From contig NC_043000.1 of assembly GCF_006345805.1 (NCBI RefSeq), positions 72,850,001 through 72,914,000 of the forward strand: a stretch of 64,000 nucleotides of DNA, given 5' to 3'. This DNA is from Octopus sinensis. Taxonomy: Eukaryota. Under the pieces are notes generated by a model that worked only from the letters and a program-made list of their open reading frames with translations, did no database searches and was not told the origin of the DNA. Both the position numbers and the translations under genes were made by a program. Positions 25,089 through 37,543 of the stretch are shown piece by piece (the first letter of the stretch is position 1; each line of letters opens with the position of its first letter).

Positions 25089-26934
25089 GTATTGCTTAAA
25101 TGTATTTTAATATTTTAAAGTTTTCAAATGCTGTTTTGTAACTATTCCACATGTATACTTTAAAAAATATACATGTGGAATATCAGTAAATTTATATATT
25201 CTGAACTTTGAATAGTTTTTGAAACTCTTCATGAAATAACTTATGGTAAACATTTTCTATTTCTTTACATTGACTCTTAAAGTTCAATGTTGTAGTTATC
25301 TTTAGTTCTACAGAACATAAATGTGTTAGCTTGCTATTTTCATTTCCCTTTATTATTATGTATTTTACTACTCCTGCTATTGCTTATAGTGGATTTATTA
25401 AGCATAATTTTTTTGGAGTTATTATCATATTTGTTGCTATTATTCTTATTCTTAACATGCCTGTCCCTATTACATTTTTCATTGGTTTCCTTATTTATTT
25501 CTTTATTTACATCGTCATTTCCTTATGTCATGACCTTGTATTCATTGCTGTTATTATTTTTAAGTCCTATAGTCATGCTATCATGATGTTTTTATCCCAA
25601 TGTCAAGAATATATTTTTCCCACTATAACAAGCTTTAACCAGTGGAGTCCACATGTGAGTTAAGGATATTTTCATGCAATATACAACTTACTATTAAATT
25701 TATAACTAACCATAGCTGATTTAAGTTTTGATTAACATATTTGAGATCTTCAATTGGTTTAAGGCATGATGTATGTATTCCAGTTTGTAGGTTTAGTGAC
25801 ACATCTGGGAAATTATCTAATCTATAATTCATTTCTATTGTTATAGATAACCAAAATGTTTTAAAATTTAACTAGTATATACCTACATACATCTACACAC
25901 ATGGATAAATGTAGATAAATGTGCAAACGTGCTCTCCCATACATTGATACTATCTATCTATCATGTCTCTCTTGTACCACTTCACTACCCCTGTTAATAG
26001 TAAAAACAGTATCATCTCTAACCTAACTTAGGAAGATGGGATTCCATTTGGAAAAGGGGGTAAATACCTGAGATTGATGGCTTATGCTGAGTCACCAGAT
26101 TCCGTTGTTACATCAAAATTATTTATTCTGTTACTATGGGTCCAGAATTTTCCATCATAATCAACTAAAGTTTTTTGAACAACAGAATTATGTCCATATC
26201 CAACTTAGATAATCTAGAATTTTTCTTGGCAAATATTAATACCTATTTAGCAGGATAGGATAAATAGAAGAGTAATGGCTCAATATATCAAGCTGTATGA
26301 ATTTGGTATATTTTTTTACTGCTCAAAGTTTTCAACAAGCTAATAACTTCCACTGTTTCTGATCACAATCAATTCATATATTTACATATTTACAATTGAT
26401 TATTCTATTTCATATGTATTTTAGAAATTGATTATAAAACTTTTTTTTTTAAATAGATGTATTAACATGGAATGAAATCACTAATTCTTTTTTAAAAAAA
26501 TATAGTGCCCACAATAATATTCTAAGTTATTATCTATGAAACTTTACACAAACATTCACTATTTGAATACATGGGTATGATTACTCTGGCATATTATTAT
26601 CTAATATATTTAATTAAAGTTGGTACTTTTGATGTTATGTATCAAGGTGAAATTATTTTTACTGTTATAAATCAATGTTCTAAATGTTGGATTTCACATA
26701 ACTATTCTAAAATATTCCTTAAAGTTAGAAAGGAATTAGTGAAAGTAGAGACACTTTATTAAAACATTAAATCTATAAAAAAATTTTTAAAGTATTTGCT
26801 CTACAATTATATGTAACTTGTATAACGTCTTCTTTGGTTTTCTGGTATCCTTGATCTTTGATTCAGGAATTTTTGTATGTATGTATGCATGCATGCATAA
26901 ATAAATAATCTATTATGAATATACATTTATTTAG

Positions 26935-27023
26935 AAAAGTACCTAAAAGTTGGATTAGTCAATATTCCCAACTCCAGTTTGGTATCAGCCCTGAAATATC
27001 ATTTAGAGGAACATCATATCAAG
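26935..27023 (+). CDS. CRPPA: CRPPA/ISPD exon E (89 bp): (E)KYLKVGLVNIPNSSLVSALKYHLEEHHIK
   Basis: ttag acceptor, gttagt donor; phase 1 to 0 bridges exons D and F with no stop. Confidence 0.8.
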
Positions 27024-28659
27024 GTTAGTAAATCTGATTTTTGCTGAATAAGAAATTAAAATTTTTTCTTCTTACTATCTCATACTTTAATTGCTACTTT
27101 TCATCATCTGCTCTGTAAGAATGAAATTTAATTTTTTTAAAGATTAAATCTGTTATGTCATCCTCATCATCATTATCACCATCATCATCACCATGAGTTG
27201 CTTAGACAGGATCCAAGAAACAAGAGGCCAAGTTGTATTCTCGTGTTCCACTTTTAGCTTGTCTGCATTGGCTAGATCCCCTTCTCAACACTTTACAGAG
27301 TGTACTGAATGCAATTTTTCATGGCCAAGTACTATAAGAAATTGTCTTGCCTTTTTAGGGGGATACTAACACAGCATTACACCAAACACAGTGGTGTGGA
27401 GATGGCCATATAGTATTCCACTAAATTTAAGTTGTATAACAGTATTATGTAATAAAAGGAAGAGTAAACTCCATACAATAATAAATGGAATTTATTTGGG
27501 ATAGATGATACATACACAGCTTTTCATACAATGTAATAAATTGAATATTAACATGTTGTGGATCCTTTTTGAATAACAAGTAAACACTAACTAGTCATGA
27601 AACAAAATTGCAAGGGTATCAGAAATGTGTGTGAGGCTTAGATGGGAAACATATTCAGTTCATAGCTTGGAATTACTGTTACAAGTTCATAACAGGTATC
27701 AACGAAATTGATAACATACTGGACCAATGTAGAGTAGAGTTGATAACATGACAGGCCAATGTCGTGTAGACTGTAGCAGTAGAGTTAGCTGCTGAACAAA
27801 TTACCATGATAGAGTGGTATATAATGATAGCTGTTGAATATTCATCATGAAAACAACAGTGGTCTGAAATCTGCTAGGCAAGTGTCATTAGACCGACAAT
27901 AGTAAGAAGACTGCTAGGCAATTGTCATTAGAATGACAGTAACCACATATGGTCTATGGCCTGAGGCAAAAGAGGCCAGGCAGCTGAAAAAACTGTTATT
28001 TATATCTTCTGTGGTCTGGTGCTTGATTTTCTCACCAGGGAGGAAAAATGACTTGTTGTAGGGACACGACTGGATAGTTGTACTTGACCAACCAACTCAT
28101 CAAATCACCAGTTCATGTAATAGCTGAATGAGGAGGCTTTATATAATTGAACAACTAAGAGTTTAACATCATCACACGCTTCTGATAACCGCTTCTGCGA
28201 CACCCTGGACAAGACTAAAATGTTCTCTCAATGATGTATTGCTTTCTCTCAAATCACTACTTTACAGAGTGTACTGGGTGGGTTTTTATTTTTTCATGCC
28301 ACCAACACTAGTGAGGGTATCTTGTAACTCACAGAGTGAAAGAGTCTCCACCACTGAAAGAGAAAATAGGAGAATATTGACTTTAGATGAAATGTTGGGA
28401 GAAGTTGCTCTACAATGAGAGAGATGATTTATTGTTGTGAAATGTTAGTAATGGAGTGAGTAATAGAAGACAAGGAGAAATACCAGAACATATTCTCAAA
28501 GTAACATACCCAAGCAGGTGAATGGAAGTGAGTATGGTGGCGACTCAGGGGGAGTGAATGAAAGTTGTAATAGTGCACTCTCTTCTTCTCATTCAAGCAT
28601 CAGGATTAATACAGATAGAAGAAGAATAGCAGGATGTATTTGTTGGAGTTAGGATAGAT

Positions 28660-29180
28660 TTAGAATGCATAGGTCATGTGGCATGCACTTTCTACACAAG
28701 CATCAGATAATTTGCCCTTGACTTTGGGAGAGAAGTAATTTAGTGCTGGTAGTTTATTATCTCTATCCAAACTGTTCTTATTCTAGCTGCCACACTTTCA
28801 GAACACCTTTTAGCATGTTGTGTTTCCACTACTCTTTACTGTGGACACACCTTATTGAATTTTTCCAGTTCCTTCACTGCAAATGAAGCATATGCATTTC
28901 CTGATGCATCAGGGTCCTGTCCTTCTTCCTACCCACTAAAATTATTGTTTTCATTAAGTTGATTTAAAATCCTTTAATTCCAGGTTTTGTTTCTATTTCT
29001 AGAAGCCTTGTTTTAACTCTTCAACAGATTCTGCAATATAAATACTATGTCATCAGCATACAGTTTTCCCCAGTATTAAATTATTCTGTTATGGTTTAGA
29101 ATATGATAAAAGAATACTAGAATACTATAATAACCCAGGCAGGATTGAAAACTGAGCCCTGATGCACCCCTAACTACATG
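28660..29180 (-). mobile_element. Old RTE RT fragments
   Basis: gtcatcagcata (YADD) and gaaaactgagccctgatgcacccc (GVHQGSVF) on the minus strand. Confidence 0.55.
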
Positions 29181-30598
29181 CTAAATTTTTTATTATTTGT
29201 GTCCAAGAGCAGAATAATACATATCTCAATAAACACCAGTCAGCCAAACAGCATAATGCATCAGTTGTTTTAGTTGCATATTCTTCATCAAATAATACTC
29301 TTTAAAAGATATAGGCACCCTATACCCTATATTATAATTTGCATTTTGAAACAGTTTGGCTATAATAAAAATCAAGTGGGCATAATAAGAATGATGAATA
29401 TACTAATGATAAAATAATTCATCTATTATCATATAGAGGAAGTAAAATAAGAATGTGTAAAAAACATATTAGGACAATCAACTTCTCATAGAAACTAAAA
29501 TAACTGCCGATACAGACTTTACATAAAATCAAATAGAAAGGAATACAAATACATAAAATATACTCAGATCCTAAATTATCTCCAGACAAAAATATGATCA
29601 TTATCATGATCATTATTTTATGTCCACTTTCCATGCTAGCATGGGCTGAACATTCTGACAGGCCGTTTTGCTCCAGTGTCTCAGTTTTGTTATGGTGTAC
29701 AGGGTGCTTCTTTTGTGGTACTAACACTAATGAGATTTGTCTTGTAACTTGCAAGGTGAAACACTGAAGTGCCATTGTAAGCTAGGAGGGAGAAACTCCT
29801 GTATCTTGATAGGACAGTTACTTCAAGCAAGAAGTCAAGAGGTAAAAGTGTGATGGAAGGAGCAAGAACAAAGTTACTTTTGTGGAGAGTCTATAAAGAC
29901 CTCACATTGTACATAGGTGAAAAGGGAAGGCTTGGAGGGGTGCTAAAAAAAAAAAAAGATAAATGTGGTTGTCATAAGGCATGAAAACATATCCTCAGAA
30001 TAACATGTCCTAGGAAGGTGAATAGAAGAGAGCATGGATACAGAAGAATCAGAGAAAATGGGTAAGGCTGTAAGATTGTGAGACCAAGAGATGGATATAA
30101 ACATGGGACAAAAGTGTTCAGATGTATATAGATGATGAAAGTAGTGAATAGTGGACAGGAATGAGAGTGGTAAGTATGAGTAGAGGATGATGATAAGAGT
30201 GAGGGGTGGCTACCAATTGGGAGTAGCACAGAGGAGTGGTGACTGGCAGTAACAAAAAGCAGTAATGTATGGTGTGTGGTAACAGGTTCTAATTTCATCG
30301 CTTACAGCAACAAACCATGTGGCTAAACTTCATGTGATCTTTATAGCAAAGAGTCAATCAAGGTATTAAGAGAAAATAGTCTGTTTTTTTAACCAACAAT
30401 GAGCTGTGTTCATGTTTTGCAGGCATTGGCTTTTTTAGAAACATTCCCTGTTTGCTATAGATTTATATGCTCTACCCACGTTAAAAGATTTATTTTTATT
30501 TTATGTACTTGCTTCAGTTTTGCCATATCCCTATCAAGATATATTTGAATTTTTCATAAGCATGGGTTGATCTTTTTACTTTTAATCATATTCAGTAT

Positions 30599-32000
30599 GA
30601 TTAGAATCGAAGGGCCTTAAGATCAACCTAGCTAAAACCAAAGTCCTAATAAGTAGGAAGGTAGATAAGTCACAAACGCCTTCAGGTAGATGGCCCTGCT
30701 CGATCTGTAGAAAAGGCGTAGGTAGAAACTCTATAAGATTCACCAAGTGTAAGCTATGGACACATAAGAGGTGCAGCAATGTCAAAGGAAGGCTAATTGG
30801 GAAGATAGTTTTTGTATGTGGCAGATGCTCAGGAGCAATAAACACTGAAAATGCTCAGAGACCAACTTCCGCCACATTCCAGGGAGAAAAACTAGAAGTA
30901 GTTGATAGCTTCTGTTACCTAGGCGACCAAGTCAGTAGCAGGGGTTGGTGTGCTGAAAGTGTAACTGCTAGAGTGAGAATAGCCTGGGCAAAGTTCAGAG
31001 AGCTGTTACCTCTGCTGGTGACAAAAGGCCTCTCGCTCAGAACAAAAGGCAGACTGTATGACGCATGTGTACGCACAGCCATGCTACATGGCAGTGAAAC
31101 ATGGGCCGTGACTGCTGAGGATATGCGTAAGCTCGCAAGAAATGAAGCCAGTATGCTCCGATGGATGTGTAATGTCAGTACTCATACTTGACAGAGTGTA
31201 AGTACCTTGAGAGAAAAGTTGGACCTAAGAAGCATCAGTTGTGGTGTACAAGAGAGACGTTTGCGCTGGTATGGTCATGTGGTGAGAATGGATGAAGATA
31301 GTTGTGTGAAAAAGTGTCACTCTAGCGGTTGAGGGAACCTGTGGAAGAGGTAGACCCAGGAGAACCTGGGACGAGGTGGTGAAGCACGACCATCGAACTT
31401 TAGGTCTCACCGAGGAAATGACTAGAGACCGAGACCTTTGGAAGTATGCCGTACGTGAGAAGACCCGGCAGGACAAGTGAGGCCATAACCCGTGGCCTCA
31501 GTCCACTTATGCATGCCTTTCCTTCTTGGGACACAAAGCTCTACTTGTGAAGACCTGTTGAGGCAAGTGAAAAACAAAATCAAAATCAAAATCGATCAAC
31601 ATCAAGGGAAATCGTGGCTGTGATACCAGTGCTGGTGGCACATAATAGAACCATCCGAACGTGGCCATTGCCAGCACCGCCCCGACTGCCTCCGTGCCAG
31701 TGGCATGTAAAAAGCACCATCCGATCGTGGCCTTTGCCAGCCTCACCTGGCTTCCGTGCTGGTGGCACGTTAAAAGTACCATCTGATTGTGGCCATTTGC
31801 CAGCCTCGTCTGGCACGTAAAAAGCACCCACTACACTCATGGAGTGGTTGGCATTAGGAAGGACATCCAGCCATAGAAACATTGCCAGATCAGACTGGGC
31901 CTGGTGCAGCCTTCTGGCTTCCCAGACCCCAGTTGAACTGTCCAACCCATGCCAGCATGGAAAGCGGAAGCTAAATGATGATGATGAGGAGGAGGATGAG
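30599..32000 (+). mobile_element. RTE family A 3' portion
   Basis: Near-identical to 50239-51660; PHD-like cluster, MLHGSETW, 3' UTR repeats, (GAT)n tail. Confidence 0.9.
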
Positions 32001-33335
32001 ACTTGTAATTATCATTAAATAATGTACAAATATGCAATGTTATATTTGTATCTGCTCTTTATATCTTCCTAACATTATCTTCCTTTAGCCATCATTTTTT
32101 TCTTTTCACATCTGAAATACAATGAAGGTTACTGCATGACAATCATATAACTTTTGTTCAAAATTTCTCTCGTTAGTGAAGACATACAGAAATTCAGTAT
32201 ATATGGTACCTCAAACATTCAAACCCTCTTACTGCACTGCACAATATTGCATGATATTATTAATGTAAATCATATTAACATCTTGAACTTATATTAACAA
32301 CCTTCAATCAGGTTAAACAGTTTACTCATAACACTTATCACTATATGAACTAAATACGTATTGTTCTATTTATCCATGTTATGCAAAAGCTCTTCAGAAG
32401 TCTGTGAAATTAGTTTTTGTTTTACAAATATAGCAAGTAAAACTTTTATTATATGGCCACACTCCAGTAAAAGAATATAAAAATATAGATTAATATAGTA
32501 TTGGAAGCAACTGGAAATATAACTAGTAATTGATATAGTAAATCAAAAATTAACAGAGAACGTTATAGAAATGATACATTACTTTTTTTAGAAAAGTATG
32601 TATATATTTTTATCAATCATCCATAGATAAAACTATAATATTTGCATGTCATAATTCTTTCTTTGCAAAATGGTATCAGCTGATTGCAAGTCCTCACAGA
32701 GCAGTTTTTATTTCAGAGATTTCCTTTCCCTATATGAATTGCCTTTACTACAACTTGTGAACATTATCTACCCTTGATTATATTGGATGGCTGGAGTTTC
32801 TCTGCCCTTTGTTTTCCATTCCACAAAGTGTGTTCAAAAACACCCTCACCAAGCAAGTTTGGTAGGGTTATCAGTTTAGTAGTAATACCCATATTATCCA
32901 TTCATTACTTCTTTATTACAATAATTATGCTACATTAAATGTACAAATAATCCTTGGATACTTTGGGATATGCTGAATGACAAACACCAGTGATATATCA
33001 TTTCATCTTAGCTTTAACTGCTTACCTAAACATTTATTTACCTTAGTTTTCTGAGTTATGTTGTCTAGCCAAAACTTATAGTGCATTTTACTGTTGATTT
33101 TCTTTGATCTATTTAATTGATCCTCTTATCTTTCACTATATCTCAAAAGCATAAAAGGTATGAAATCTTTTTTTTTTAATACAGTATTAGATTAAATTAA
33201 TTATCAAGAATTTATATTTTCTACAAACTTTAACACTTATTAACAATTAATTTTTTCATAAACTATTTTATCTGCTTATGTAATCCTTGAATTTGTTAGT
33301 GATAGTAGAAACATCTTTGTTTTCTTTCTTGACAG

Positions 33336-33620
33336 ATTTGTATATTAAATACTATTGAGGAGCAATGCTCACAACTAACTAGTGTTGTGCTTGGTCAGAC
33401 CATTGTGAATTTAGATGGAATTCTGAATACAATAGAGGAATTAACTGAAATGTGGACTGGAGAACCTAGAAGAATTGTGCAAGGTGGTCTCATTATCTTC
33501 TTAATCTATGTATCAAAGAAAATTACTTTTTCTAAAACTTTGAATCAATTGCAAAAGTATAGCAGAAGTTTGACTGAGAAATTTCAAGGAAATATTTCAC
33601 CAATTTTCATTTTAACAAAG
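33336..33620 (+). CDS. CRPPA: CRPPA/ISPD exon F (285 bp, C-terminal domain): ICILNTIEEQ...ISPIFILTK
   Basis: Strong polypyrimidine + cag acceptor, AAG|gtaaaa donor, 95 open codons in phase with exon E; protein similarity weak by eye. Confidence 0.72.
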
Positions 33621-33926
33621 GTAAAAATTGCTATTTTTATACATAAGAAAATTATATCTAATTTAAATTTTCAAATCAATTTTTATTAAGGTACACACAC
33701 ATATATATATATATATTTATAATTTTTTAGTAGAAGATAAAAATTTTGGTTGTCAGTAATTTACATCCAAATAAACGAAATCATACTTCCAGTGATTTAT
33801 AAGATGTGATTGGATGGGATACGTTGTTCCATTCATGTACTTTTAGGATCAATAAACATATGTATATATTAAAATAATTCAAATAATAAAGTGTAAATGA
33901 AGTAAGACATTCTATTTGAGTATATA

Positions 33927-35174
33927 CAGGGATTGGACAAAATAATGGAAACACCTAGCATCATAATTTTTAAATATCTATAAAACTGTCAAAAGCTTGT
34001 TTATGTTTATGTTTTTTTTTTATTTATTATTAGTGTTGCTTAATATGTTTTGCTAAAATTGCTGTTTCTTTTCAGATATCATCAGAAAAAGGTAATTAAA
34101 ATTCATTAAAATGACAGATCTATCGGACTTCCAAAGAGGTCAAATTGTTGGTGCTCGTATGGCAGGTGCTAGTGTAACAAAAACAGCAGAAATGTTTAGT
34201 GTATCAAGAAGTACTGTCTCGAAAGTAATGGCAGCCTTTGAGAAAGAAGGAAAAACTTCCTTTTCAAAACAAAACTCTGGAAGAAAACCAAAAGTTTCAG
34301 ATAGGGACAGTCGGACTCTTACGTGAAATGTTAGAAGGGATCACAAAAGTACAGCTCCCTACTGCAGAGCTTAATGACCACGTCGAGAACTCAGTTTCCG
34401 CAAAAACTGCTAGCTGGGAGCTGCACAAAGCCAGATTTCATGGGAGGGCTGCAATCAGAAAACCACTACTTTCAAAAAAAAATGTTGCAAAGCATTTAGA
34501 GTAAAAACCTACAGAATTGGTCCCTAGAGCAATGGAATGTTATTTTCTTGGATGAGTCATCCTTTACCTTATTTCCGACCACCAGTCAAGTATACTTGTG
34601 GAGACAGCCAAAAGAAGCATTAGACTGCCTTCTTCCAACTATTAAATATGAAGGAGGATCTGTGATGATCAGTGGGGCTATATCTTGGAAATCTGCCAGC
34701 CCAATGGTTTCCCTTCAAGGCAGAATTAATAGTCAAGACTATTTAAGCATTTCATCTGATCAAATTCATCCTATGGTTGCTTAACTCTTTCCGGAGGGAA
34801 ACGCACTCTTTCAGGGTGATAATGCACCAATTCACACAGCTAAAGTTGTTACTGAATGGCACGAGGAACATTCTAGTGAAGTTGAACATCTTATCTGGCC
34901 ACCGCAGTCCCCAGATCTCAATATTATTGAACATTTATGGTGCATTTTAGAAAAACAAGTAAGGAGTCAATATCCTCTACCAAGATCACACCAAGAACTG
35001 GAGACTGTTTTAGCTAAGAATGGGAAAAAATTCCTTTGGAAATAATTCAAACTTTGTACAAGTCCATACCTTGTAGAATTCAAGCAGTAATTACTGCCAA
35101 AGGCAGTCCTACCCCATATTAAAATAAATCTGTTTGAAATTTTAAGGTATTTCCAGTATTTTGTCCAACCCCTG
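33927..35174 (+). mobile_element. Tc1 transposon (DD34E), full length, transposase pseudogene
   Basis: TIRs cagggattggacaaaataatggaaacacct / aggtatttccagtattttgtccaacccctg, TA TSD; LSDFQRGQIVG, DES, QGDNAPIH, SPDLNIIEHLW. Confidence 0.95.
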
Positions 35175-37543
35175 TATAATGATGACATAAGGTCGTAAGA
35201 AATGTGTAATCATTTGTAGATACATGTATTCGAGGGAGATTAAAAATTGTAAATAAAGTTCAGCAATACGAAATATCACCAAAAGTAAAAGTCAGTTAAA
35301 AACCTATGGTCATTTCAGAAAATATTAAAGGGCTGTAGGAACAGTCCATATTCAGCTCCATTGAAATAATATTTTCTTCTTCAGGGTTCACTATTTGTGG
35401 TAAAGTTCAGTTAAGTTCTACATGATGAATTCCTATTGATGGGTGGACATCGAATGATTAAATAATTAAATATATAATTGACAAAATAGATCCTGAACCA
35501 TCCAAAATTAAGATAGTTATGATGCTGAGACAACTATTTATAAAGAAAAATAATTGAATAGTTGAATAGGTAGACAGTTGAGCATGTGACTAATCATGTA
35601 AGTCATGACCTACTGGAAAATTCCATTGTGTATTTATTTTTTTTTTTTATTATTTTAATATAGAATGTAGTAATTTAAGGTTAAGGATTTAAATCTATAT
35701 ATTCATGCATGCTAATCTAAACTGTATTTTTATACAGTAAAAATTTTAAAAGTCGATAAATATTTATGCTTACAGCATACTAAAACGTCCGTAATCTTAT
35801 TTTATAGTATATCTTTATTTTTGTTGCTGGCATAAAGGATACTAATCAATTCTTTTATGCAAAGTCTACATGTTTCCGTATACGTGTTATGAGGTGTAGA
35901 TTCAGTGATTATCAATCACTTAAAATTATACTCTGTTTTTTGCTTTGAGGTGATTAATATATGTTGCTAATGCCATGGAATTTTTTATATTAAGGTTAAT
36001 GAATGAATTATGTCCCCTATATCTTTTTTTAAGTCCCATAGGATTTAATGTGTTTACTTCACACTTGTAGGCTACATTTTTTTCTCAGGCAATTGCCTCT
36101 TAAGAGGCATGACTCCTGGGAGCAGAAATTGTATGTTTTGTTTAAAGATTTAGTAGCACTACCCCTATCCTCTATATTAGTCTTAGATTTCGCTTCACTA
36201 AAATTTGGCCCCATAGGACCTTTATTCAAACTGTCACTGTTATTATTATTGCTAAGTTTGTATCTGTTATTTGCCACTATAATTGAACCTAAATTTGGAG
36301 TAGCTGAGTAGGACAATTTCAAACAGTGTTTGTTGAAAATTGGGTGGTATTTTATTGCTTTTCTCAATAATCTTATAAAATAATTTAGGGAGGGTCCTAA
36401 CTTGGAGGGGAAAATGGGTTATACCAAATTATATCCCATTTTCTAGATTTCTTATCATTATTATTAGTAATAGTAGTAGCAACAGATTACCTATAAGTCA
36501 TATTTCTAAAAACATGTGGTTTATGCTTAAATTGTTTATTGAGGTAATTCTTCTTATTATTTATTTCTAAATTATCTTTATTTAGTTTGTTTTTTAAAAT
36601 TGTGTTAAGCTGGTAATAAATTTCCTGGTTAAACCTACTATTTCTGAGAGCTTGAATATATAGGGAGGCGGGGTATGATTATTTAATATATTTTCATTAA
36701 TTGATATGTTTGATATTCTGATAGATATCCCAGTTATAATACCATTTATGACACTATGAGGATGATTAAATTTACTATTAAAGTACTGTGTTAGCTTATT
36801 CAGTTTATGGTATGGAGAGTACTGACCATTCTTTAAGTCCAAACAAATAGCTATTTTGGTGGTATTATCCATAGTTATATTTGAATTATACTTCCAAAAA
36901 AATTTTATCAATGCTTTCATAGTTTTATCCATATTTTGTAATGATGAGTTAGAGATCGCAAATAAACCATCATCCATAGAAAGGCCTCCTTTAATAGTAG
37001 GAGAATTATCTTTTATTTCAGAGAACAGAAAAAGGCCTACCAAATCAGTTATCTGGGCCAAGTCTGACGATGGGATTGTCAGACTCAGCCTCAAAGCAAA
37101 AAACATAGAGTATAATTTGAAGTGGTTGATAATCATCAAATGTACAACTTATAACATCTGTATGAAAACATGTAGGTTTTGCATAAAAGAATCGATTAGT
37201 ATCCTTTATGCCAGCAGCGAAATTAAAAATATACTATTAAATAAGATCACAGATGTTTTAGTATGCTGTAAGCATAAATATTTATCGACTTTTAAATTTT
37301 TTATTATATAAAAATTTAGCTTAGATTAGAACACAAGAATATATAGATTTAAATCCTTACCCTTAAATTACTACATTCTATACTAAAATAATTTTAAAAA
37401 AACATATATATCTATATATACACAATGAAATGTTCCAATAGGCCACAACTTACATGATTAGTCACATGCTCAACTGTCTACCTATTCAATTATTTTTCTT
37501 TATAAATGGTTCTATCTCAGCATCATAACTTAATTTTGGATGG

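Noticed and set aside
25323-25663. Hydrophobic ORFs suggesting a membrane protein or NUMT
   Set aside because: T-rich low-complexity intron; two frames equally hydrophobic; no recognisable motif
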